Positions 26,447-37,206 of a DNA stretch of 64,000 nt are shown here, in pieces (positions within the stretch are counted from its first letter, which is position 1; every line of letters starts with the position of its first letter). Made by a program: the position numbers and the translations under genes. The stretch lies in contig CM082584.2 of assembly GCA_040954595.2 (NCBI GenBank), forward strand, positions 12,182,875 to 12,246,874, written 5' to 3'. Origin of the DNA: Balanoglossus misakiensis. Taxonomy: Eukaryota; Animalia; Hemichordata. The notes below the pieces were generated by a model. The model saw only the letters and a list, made by a program, of their open reading frames with translations. It was not told where the DNA came from and did no database searches.

Positions 26447-28480
26447 ATGTGGCGTTTTGTCTTCACTGTTTTTGCTATCGTGACATTTTTTCGTCATTTC
26501 ACGACTTCGCACCCTTTACAAAACGACTTAAATGTAAGTATCTTAATTCTACTTTCACCTCCGAGTCATAAGTGGAAAACTACAAAAGGGAAATTGGAAA
26601 ATTGTGAAATTCTTGCTACAGCTTAGGTTTGGTCGAGGTTTGAATATTTTAATATAATTTCGGGTTTCTCTATCAATGATTGTGATTTTTGTCTGATATT
26701 GCACAGGCCGACCAGACTGGGGAGAGCGATGTTCAAGGCCTCGAAAGAATGAAAAGTAAGTGTAAAATCAAAGGCGAATTTGATGGAGAAGAGGGGGAGG
26801 GGAGAGAGAAAGTCAAAGACTGAGAGATATAGGGGAAAGAGATTGAGACAGAGAGAGAGAGCCAGATAGACGGAAAGAGCAGTAACAGAGAGGTATATGT
26901 TAATTTTTAATTGATGCCGACATCATGTCAACGCAGAGAATTAAAGGTTGGAAAAGACACAACGTATAATAAAAGTTTTATCGTTTGATCGTTTAAAACT
27001 GAAGACAAATATAAGTATATTATCATAATGCACATATTGCAGGTATGCATCATGTTTAATACTGAAAGATACTTAAAGATGTTTTCCTAAATGCGATAGC
27101 AGATATGTCACGTAATTACAGATTCTTCATTTATAGGATAAAACGATGATATTCAAAATCTGTTTTATGAGACTTTCAATACAGGTTTCTTTGGTGGCCT
27201 ATACATGCCAATCGGACACGCATTCAAACCAAAACATAAAACTGTATACAGGATGGAAATATTTTTATTAGAATCGCAATTACGGGAAAATTTATTCTGT
27301 TTTTGCAAGTTTAGATCAATAGCCCACTGCCCTTGTCTAAACCTACACATATTTTTTCGCGAAGAGTTCTTATATCTCCATGCCGCATGAGACCAGTAAT
27401 GGACAATTAAAATAATAATCGACGATACACAGCTTGTCGGGAAGAGACACTGCTGCATGCTATATAATGTAATAATCATATTGGATTTAGAATATATATG
27501 AAACGAGGGTCAATCATATTATACCACACAGGGGGTTCAGGCAGCGTACTAGGTGACCCGAGCTTCCGTACTTTGGATGGCTACGAGTACGATATGCAAG
27601 GCCGCGGTTCGTACTACATTCTACGAGACTGTCGGGGCATACAACCAAGAGCGTTTGACGTAATTGCGGAATTTGAGGCTCGCGGAGAAAAGGACAAACC
27701 ACCCAGTGTGATCTCGGCTGTATCGGTGGAGGCGAATGAGCAATATACTGTTCGAATGGAAGATGATGGCTCAGCCACGGTAGATAATTTATTGGCATCA
27801 CCTTGTTCATCATTACCTGTTCTTTTAATTTATTGCCTGTGAATCTACGGGGTGGGGTGTACTCTTCTGAAGTAAAAGAGTAGAGTTGTGTTGTTTCTTA
27901 TGGTATTAAGTCCTTTTACAAAATATCACCACCTATTACATTGTTCTGTAGTTATAATGGAATATAGCCACCTTAGTTCAGATCCCACTGTATTTACACA
28001 GATCAACGGCAATCCGATAGAGCAGCCCTTCGAATCGATAGGTGATGGGCTGGTTGAAGTTCACACACAGACAGATGGAAATGTCACTGTCCACTTGCCA
28101 CAATGCAAGCTGACAGTGAGCTGGATCGGCTTGGAGGAGCACAATCTTCAAGTCGTCTTGAAGAAGACGGAATTCATGGGCGGTGTCTGTGGACTGTTGG
28201 GTAACTATGACAACAATACAGACAACGACTTTCAGACACCAGACGGAAGAACGCCGGATAATGTAGGAGAGTTTGCCAAGAGTTGGCGAGTGCCAAAATG
28301 GTAAGATACTTGGTGATGTTTTGTTGGAAGTCACCTCAAGACAATTGTCAGATTCACATAGTCCAACCATATCTCGAAGAACGCGAGAATGTATATCATT
28401 TAAGGATTAAAACACACAGTATTTCAAGTATGGGAAAATGGAATTCAGCTTTAATATCTTGTTTTTCTTTCTCATACAGA
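26447..28480 (+). CDS. Small secreted single von Willebrand factor type D (VWD) domain protein
   Basis: Exons 26447-26533 (signal peptide MWRFVFTVFAIVTFF), 26707-26755, 27530-27779, 28002-28300; VLGDPSFRTLDGYEYDMQGRGSYYIL and GGVCGLLGNYDNNTDNDFQTPDG..FAKSWRV are VWD motifs. AATAAA at ~28600. Confidence 0.85.
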
Positions 28481-28766
28481 TTCTCAAGCAACTTGAACCC
28501 TGAAAATGTGATGTAACAATTATCATGATGGATGGTTTAGAAAAACCAGTGACTCACAAGTTATTAGTGTGGTGAATGGTTGAAACTTTTGTCAAATCCA
28601 ATAAATATTACAAAGTTCATTCCTCAAATCAGAATTTCTAGTTAGATGACAATTGGTATCCGATGATTCCCTTAATTCATAAAAACTAGCAAACTTTACA
28701 CATATTTACATATACTATAGATATCTAGTCAAGATTTATTCTACAAATAATGTAGACCCTCTGCCC

Positions 28767-31700
28767 TCAATCTGTATGCTGTCGGCATGGATACGGCGGC
28801 AGGAAGTGAGCTGTGACTTTTCCCAGAATCCTCTGTTTGCACAGGAAGCAGAAGTTGGTGTTGCAGCACCAGCATTTGATGTGATTGTTGTTGTCTTCTC
28901 TCAAGCTCCTCTGGTGACACATCGGACACCGCCCGACGTCTTTTTGCCTTTCGGGGTTTTCACTCAGAACATTCCTGAAGTGGACAGCTCCCTGGATGTG
29001 GTGGAAAATGAATGAAACATCAGTCATGTGGTCCTTTTTCTATCCTGACCAATATAATGCATGACAACACACAACCAACCCAACAGACCACCACACAGGT
29101 ACTGACCTCGGCCAATGGACGTCTCGGTCTGGCTCTGTCAGCCCTCGGCGGAATGTACCCCTCATCGACAACCCCTCTGATGTCAAAAGTCTGACAGTTT
29201 CCATCACTGAAGTGACCGTATGATGTGATCAGCGCAAGGCACTGCCAACAGAAATTGATTCGGCATTTGCTGCAGGTCATGTAGTTGCAACTGCAGGTTG
29301 GGTGAAAAAAAAAACACATATGGTCAGCCAAGAAAGAACTGCAGATCAAACTCTGTCAGTGTGTTAAATTACTCAGAGCATCTTTATATGTCAGACAATA
29401 TTTCTCTAAGACAATTTTTTCAACCTACCCAGATGATTTTTGAATTCTTACACGGCAACCAGGACATGCAATTGTTGTATCCTTTATGGCTTGCTTGGAC
29501 AGTTTCTCCTCTCTAAAGAAGGCCTTCAACTTTTCTGCAATAATCCTTGCATCTTCGCTTTCTTGATTGGCTTCTTTCTCCTCCAGTTCCTCAAGCTTGT
29601 CTTCCACAGTTCTACATTTTGTACCCTGTAAATTCATGGCATTGTAGATTGTTCAGTTTCTCTGTCATACAATGCTGATGACTGTGAACAGTGTGTTTCT
29701 ATGAGACTGTGATTAGTTTGTGCGACAATTCTCTCCTCACCTGATGCCAGTTTTCTTTGCAGTCCGTGCAGTAAGAGAAGAAACACGTCGTGCAGTGAGC
29801 TAACTTGGAGGAGTCTAGCTCCTTGATGACGGCCATATTGCAGCGAGGGCAGTAGTCGATATCCTCCATTGCATCAAGCGTTTTCTACAGCAGAAAAGGA
29901 AAATACATCATCACAATTTGAACAGCCAAACTATGGTTAGTCTATGGTTCAGGAGCTTTGGTTAAACTCGCTAACTTTTATTACAGGACTAACCTGCAAC
30001 ATGATAGTTTCCCATCTGTGGAATTGTTCATCATTGAGAACTTCTCTCACCAGGGCAGGTGGAAGTGGATTCTTACAGTCAATGTCAGGACAGCTTGGTG
30101 AAACAACAAAATGATACACTTTTATCAGAATGCAGCAGCAAAAACTGCAGTTCTATAGTTATAACACAGGGAAAATGAAATTTGTATTGTGCATGCAGCA
30201 TTACTCACAGAAGAAGCTGAACAGTTCCTTCTGAGACATGAGTGTCACAGTAAAACGCCAGGCAGTCGTGACAAAAGTGATGGCGACAACTCTTGAGACG
30301 GTAGAAGTCCTTGCCTGGTCTGTTATCAAAACACACCCCACAATCGTGGTTCTCCTTCTGAAACTTATCCGTTTCAAACATGGCATTATGTCTGCAAGTC
30401 ATAAGAAACATGGAAAGTTGCTGGTTTGTACAATGATTTGTTATATTTTAGTAATAACTGATAAATATGGCATGATCTTTTCATACATTCAATAATCCAA
30501 GTACATCAGAAGGGATATCAGTACCTTAATATTTCCATGATACCCTGTTGTAGATCACAGTTCATTGGTAATGCCCTTGGATCAATGGGGCCCAACAGTT
30601 CCACATCCTTCTCTATGTATGGAGTCAAGACTACTGTTTTCTCCAAGCCGAGAAAACTTATGAGAGAAAAAATTCATAGTATGTTAGTACCAATGACAAG
30701 TTTGGATCCAGGTTCCTCTCGTCAAGAATGATACAACGACCCTGCCACACCCACACCCATAATATTAATACACCCACCTAAATATTTCATTCTGAAGCCA
30801 ATCAACCCATGTGAACACTATGGGCTGGTGCTGCATCTCGCCCCACATGGCATCAAGATGTCTACAGAGGGCGCTCAGCTGGCCACCATCCAACCAATGA
30901 CAAGTCAGAGTGAATATAGGAGGTGTACTCTCTGGGTAATCAGTTGGGAAACTGACACTCATTTGAAGGGGAGGAAGGTCAGATAGGGTATAAGTTGAGT
31001 GCCATCTTCTTCCTGAAAATGCCAAAAAAGGACAGTTTATGAAAGTCTCTCGATTGGCTGCTATAGACAGGTTTGATTGTATTAGATTTGTCCAAATGTT
31101 ACCTGAGTTTGATCGGCAGAGGTTTGGTCGGCCATTTGCATTACCAGCAGCCAGACCCTCGGTCTGCGTCATATCTGTCTCTATGGGCAACCATGCCTCC
31201 ACATCAATCTCATCACTTGGCAGTTGTACTGGAATACACACCTGTGTATAAGAAAAGAATCAGTACAGTTCATTTAAAAGTCTTTAGTTCAGGCATAATA
31301 CCACAAGGCATTCTTGCGATTGATTCCTCCTAGTTTATCTGATGTGATGCTGGAATATGTCACAGTAAGGGAGACTGTCTGGGCCTTCCTATTATTCTAA
31401 GCTGACATTTTGTATTATTAGGGTGATCTGAAAGGACTTAACATAAGGAAATGCTGTCAGCCCAAGCGGATTCTTGTTTGACAGGTGGGACCCAGATTGT
31501 CGGAATGTCTAAATCCCACCATCTTAAATCCAAGATGAAGTACTGTAGTAATTAGTAGCTTTTCCACTGGATCTAGCTTTGGGAGATGACGCTGATGACT
31601 TACTTGAAATGCATATCTGCTCTCTGAATCTTCGAGGCTGGCACTGCTCAATAGGATTATTTTGTCGTCATATATAGCCTGCAAGGCTGTCACCTTGAAG

Positions 31701-32075
31701 TCAGAAATGAACAAGGAATGGTTATGCAATCAACATCACAGTCCTGGTTATAGGTCATTGATGATGGCAATGTCAACATCTAGCGCTGTATCTTGAAATA
31801 ATGAACGATCAATGTAATAATAGCTTCTATCTGGATACAATGTTGCAATGCTAGAAGTTATTGCCATACAATAGTCTGTTAGACACGTATACAAAACAGG
31901 ACCTTCTCGGATCGCACAGCTTACGCGTGGAGCCCCCAGTACAACCAGGAAGTACATGTACAGTGTTATTGTGTACCAAGATTGCTATGGTTACCTCGTC
32001 TTGTTGTTCCTGGAGGTTTTCCTCAGAAAGTTCACCCACTCTAAAATCGCCAGAATATGCGCCGCCTTCTGCCAT
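28767..32075 (-). CDS. RNF14: RNF14/ARA54-like RBR E3 ubiquitin ligase (RWD-RING1-IBR-RING2 plus an extra C-terminal RING2-like domain)
   Basis: MAEGG..ENLQEQQDEVTALQAIY; RWD LPPLQMSVSFPTDYPESTPPIFTLTCHWL..IVFTWVDWLQ; RING1 CGVCFD..CRHHFCHDC..CPDIDC; IBR YCPRC..CTTCFFSYCTDCKENWH; RING2 CPGCRVRIQKSSGCNYMTCSKCRINFCWQC. Confidence 0.85.
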
Positions 32076-33427
32076 GTCGGGGGCTTCAAGTATCGTTACC
32101 TGTGTACATACGCACTGTCTGACATGATGAAATATACAGGAAGGCGTGTACGCGTCTATGTTTATATCATGCACCCCCTTTAGTGTTGTGAAATGAAGTG
32201 CAATCCGTATTAGGCTCGTTCGGAACCAAAATTTAAAACTGTGCAAGTCGAAGAGAATGTACGATAAATAATACATGTGTATGAGAAATGAAGGCACTTT
32301 CAGCAAAGTTAATAACAATTGTACTGTTTTCCTTTTTTCTGCCCAACTAAAGACATGGTTTCTTTGCGCGTGTTTATGCGCGCACCACAGCACAGTCCCA
32401 GTCGCAGTGGCGCGCATCCGCGCTTCGTGCGGACGCAGCGCGATGTTTTGTTTTATAAAGTGCCGAAAGTCAAAGTTTTTGAAATCAACTTTCGGTGCAG
32501 TGTAATTGACCTTAAATTAACTCAAGGCAATTAATATTATATCAATATTTTACAATTTCAAGTTGTATTGATCATCACTTGAGCACCTAGTGTACTTTTG
32601 AGAACTTTGGTCCTGAAAACAATCATAAAAGTGAATATTAAATATTCAGGATCCAGATAATTTTCAATAATAGCCAATTTTATTAATGATCGCAGTCTGA
32701 TCACCTCGTTATTAAATATGCATGATGTATATATATCATAATCATATAGACCTAATAATTTGAAGTTTATGCTATATAATCACCAGATCACGACTTTTCA
32801 CAAGAGAATTCTCATCAGAGACTTTTTGAATATGGCATTGCCTATATACCTATGTTCATTGTGATTTATTTTGTTTGTATGTCATGTCATAGATCTATTA
32901 ACTGTAATATTCTGAGCAATTCTACAAAACTGCATGGCGTGCCGACTGTTTCATGATGTGATTGTCCATATCAATTTAGCATACAATGCTCCAGCTGTTG
33001 CCAAAGTCGAACTACCATTTCGTTTGGGGATACCTGATGTTATAAATACTTGCTATAGTCAACATCGTTTACACTGTTCTGAAAGATATAGATATATATC
33101 AAATATATATAATGGTTAATTCATTTTAACCAAGCTGAAGTTATAGTTTTAATAAAACCCTGTATTGCAACTTAGGTGTCCCTCATGTTTTATTGAGTTT
33201 CACCCATATGAAAATGGAACTGTCCCAATGATCTCAACGTGCACACGATCAACAATATTTGTGGGACGTCCTCAGATTACTATAGCGTGTCAAATCGGGG
33301 TCGATATCGGGGACAGATTATTACGTGTAGCGTTGTGAATCACTGTGATTGTCAGTGAAACTTGACCGACATATCTGGATAACGCCTAATTGACGTGATC
33401 GAAGATTATAACCGATCGCTGGAAACT

Positions 33428-35391
33428 ATGAAACATCAAAACGGTGGCGATCCCGAGTATGAAGGAGTTCAACTTTTATCCGGGTCCATCGACTCTCCAG
33501 GAAGTGACTCCGACGGTCCAGAGTTCCCTCTCCCAACAAAAAGGCCACGATCTCGAAAGTAAGTCTTAACTTTTGTTCGCCAGTCACACATACAACGTTT
33601 GTTAAGGCTTGACATAACAGTTTGCCATTCATCGAAATGCAGAAACGATCGGTGGTGACCGAAGGTTAGCCACGATAATCCGAGTCTTGCGTCGTGGCAT
33701 TCACGAGATTCGTTATGGCTTATCGTCTGTTGACTTGGATAGAATATACACAATGTTAATCATTCAACATGGCACTTGCTGTTGTTGGCTTCCGCAATTT
33801 GCCATGTATGCGAGTGGTACTATCATTTAATATCATATTCAACGACTGACTGTTTAGTGAACTTCAGGACATGCGCGAGGTAAATCACAAACTTTTAAAA
33901 ACTTTGGTAGTTATGCCATTCCCAGACTTTAATAATTACATGATTATTCAGCACATGTAAGTCTCATCTGTATCTGTCAATGGTTTTGTTTTGATTTAAA
34001 ATAATTCATTGTGGTCATCACTAAGTTATGTAATACAATCTAATAGATATAATACATTACAATACAATAGACACAATCCAATACAATACAATACAATACA
34101 ATACAATGGTAAGTTTAGTTTGGGCAGGAAACCTGAGACAAATCTTAGGAAAACAACAACAATAACAACAACAAATGTGTCTAATCATTTTAATCGGATT
34201 TTCTTTCTTACTGGAATTCTTTCACTTTTGAATATTCAATTAAATTAATCTGTGGCTTTGTAAATGATTATTCATAATTGATATTTACATACAAGAAGAT
34301 GTTACCAGTACACATTTTGTTTTTTGTAAAGGACAGTTTTTTTGTAAACTGTCCTTGTAAAGTTGAAAGTTCAATACCATTTTATGGGTTGCATTGTTTA
34401 CCAGTTGCCTGGCCTCCTTAAGGTCAAGGGTTACTCTCAAGCTGTTTACAGTATGTGGCTTGTTTGGGCCTCAGTGGTTACAGAGAAATCCTTTGGCAGC
34501 TCTGGGGCTTCTACATGACATTCCTAATCAGTTTCCTGATCAGAGTTAATTGGATAATGTATCTAAATGAATTTTGAAACAGCATACCTTGCAATTGCAG
34601 AATGTGTAACGTTCCAAACTTATTTGCTGGTACCAGTAATGTTTGTATTATACACTACATGTACACATACATACCAGTACATTTGTAGATTGTCTGGCGT
34701 AACCCATTTTGTTAGGGTAATAGACACTTTAAGCTTAACTTTGTAATAAGGGAATATGAACATATTTCATGGTAAATTATTTTGCTCTAGTGTGAATTGG
34801 GTTTTGTTTCAGAAATGGACATGCGAAAGTCAGCTCAGAAGGTCATCTCTGTTTGTGATGTACATTTCAATTATTACACGTAGTTACTCTCTGGATATTC
34901 TTTTGTATAAATGTTTGCTTTGAATGTACACAGGAACACATTCAGGAAACCAGCACATGTGGTATCCTTTCACTCAGACACTGCAATGAACTGGTGGTGA
35001 TCGTGATGTATTGAAATCGACAACATCTGTCACCTTTAGAGCGCCATAAACAAATGTGGCATATTTGCAATGTCGGCCATACGTGTTATGTATCTTATTG
35101 GTTCATTTCACTCGCTGTGAAAGAAAGCCTAGAATAGATTCACTCTCTTGCACCAGTATCAATTAAAGACCACATTTGTGTTTCCAACTTTCAGGAGGAC
35201 ATCAACCAAGCAACGACCAAGTGACCAGACATGTTGTGGTGCCTGGATTGTACTGAAAGTGTTGCTTTTTGCCTTGCTCTGCGGGTGCATTGCAACCTTG
35301 GCCTGGCTCATGTACAGCACCAAGTTGGACCTGGACAACCTCCGTGAGCGCTTCAAAGAACTAGAGAACCAGAGAGTCTCAGAACCATTTG
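33428..35391 (+). CDS. Putative alternative 5' exon pair (1a 33428-33558, 2a 35195-35391) of the EFCAB14-like gene: cytosolic tail + TM + start of coiled coil
   Basis: MKHQNGGDPEYEGVQLLSGSIDSPGSDSDGPEFPLPTKRPRSRK|RTSTKQRPSDQTCCGAWIVLKVLLFALLCGCIATLAWLMYSTKLDLDNLRERFKELENQ; strong donors (gtaagt, gtaggt); intron phases 2 then 1, identical to exons 1b/2b and in frame with the exon at 42512. Confidence 0.7.
34040..34107. repeat. (AATAC)n microsatellite
   Basis: aatacaatacaatacaatac run with degenerate flanks. Confidence 0.8.
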
Positions 35392-36679
35392 GTAGGTTTA
35401 ATATGTATACGAGCAGAGATTATTCCCGTCAAGGTTATACATATGTGCAAGTCCATGCTGCAAGAGTTATGCACATGTGGCAAAAAATGCTTCACTATGG
35501 CTCTGGTGATCATAGTAATTAATCTGTAAATGACCGCAAGGTCACAGATTGATCATTGCAGATGTTACCTAGTGGAATATTTTTTTAGCTCTATTGTAAA
35601 CTGAATTTATTTCTCAGAGGATTATTTTGTTCACTAAATATCTGGCTATTGATTGACTCGCAAAATACACTGCAGAAACTAAATGTATTCAGTATGTAGA
35701 CACAAAGCATAGTAGATGGCAGTGTTTTGGACTGACATTGCATCATTTTGAAGATTTTGTTGGAATCACTGGGTTCAGTATATCCGAGGTAAGTCATCAG
35801 TACTCCCCAGGAATCCATTCCAATCTAGGTCAAGCAGTGAATTCCAGTACACAGGCTAGATAAGGAGACAGTGGTGCAAATGGTACCATGTCATGCCACT
35901 GCCATAGCAACATGCAACATGGGGTTTCATGTTACTAGTATACATGCACTGTGAGACTATTAACTGCTGTGCAGGCTACAACTGTGGTATACAAGCGCAC
36001 AGAATTCCATCCAGTCCTAAGCGACCCCTTTCTAGGTGGTTTTGTGCCATAGTTGTTGATTCAAGTCCTTATAAGACACTTGTATCATAGCCCTTCTACA
36101 CCAGTTACCGTAACCCAATATAGAGGTCCTACAACCCCATTAAAAACAGTTAGTTCCTGTGGTGAATCTACATAATTGAGTAATCCACTTGCAAGATCGC
36201 AATATTCTTATCCTTGTTTGAATATATGTGTGTTTTACTTTATTTTCGTAAATAAACTCCACGCCTTTCTGTTTCTTGTGGACCACCCAAACCGTTGCAT
36301 ATATAGCGCCCTCAACTGAGTTTACGTGTGCGCCTTTGTTTATTGAGCGTGTAGGTTTCAGTACTAATAAAGTTTTGTCCAATATTGAACAAGTGAGGTC
36401 ACACAGTTGATATAATCGATGGTGATCAATTATTAACAAGTGGTTCATTCATTATTTATAACAAGTACCGCAAGGCACAATGACAGTGTGTATAAAATTG
36501 ATTTGCGCATGTTGCTAAACTAGACAAAAATCGTGCGAAACCGACATCTATGCGGGTGTCCATTTCTCATGTTTCGTGGTTCACCAGAGAGATTAACCAG
36601 AACGCGCATAAAAATTTCCCAGCGAAATCTGAAATTCCGTGACGCTTAATGCTGATGCATTGGATGAAAGTCGTAGAAT

Positions 36680-37150
36680 TTTCTCTGACGTCACCCTATT
36701 ATAAATGAAACGTACCAAAGCTCTACGCACACTGTGACTGGATCAATTTCCGCCATTACTGAGATTGTTATCTGGTACGCGCTACGTGATTGGTTACATT
36801 GTGTGGTATAATGGGCCATTTATGTCTAATTTCAGCGCGTCCATCACGCGTTATGACATTCCAATGGGTCCCATGTATCATTGTATTTTAAAGGTTATTT
36901 TCCACTGGTTATTTTGTTCCTAATAAATAATTTGCGCTATATCATGACGTCTTCCGGGGTTGTGGTTAAGCCAATCAAAGCGACTATATGTCTGTATGTT
37001 TCGTGTAGCAATATACAATCAGACTCTAGTATAAGTGGAAGCGCAAAGAGGAAACCCCGTGTGTATATATCCATGTAGTTCGTCGCGAAATTTAACCACG
37101 CCAGACTCTCTTTCCTTCTTTCTGTCGTCGTCCCTTACTTCATCGCGTCA
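36680..37150 (+). promoter_or_regulatory. CpG-rich promoter upstream of EFCAB14 exon 1b
   Basis: Palindromic CRE TGACGTCA at 36686-36693, ATGACGTC next to an ETS-like TTCCGG (~36943-36957), CCAAT/ATTGG boxes (~36789, 36861, 36971), CpG enrichment. Confidence 0.5.
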
Positions 37151-37206
37151 CCCTGGATCCCAATGCGAATAACGGAGTGGACGTTCATTTTAAAACGGGT
37201 AAAAAG

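Noticed and set aside
31851-32417. 188-aa ORF extending RNF14 upstream
   Set aside because: Only MAEGG..QQDE (from 32075) is coding; the rest is promoter/leader and intron read-through.
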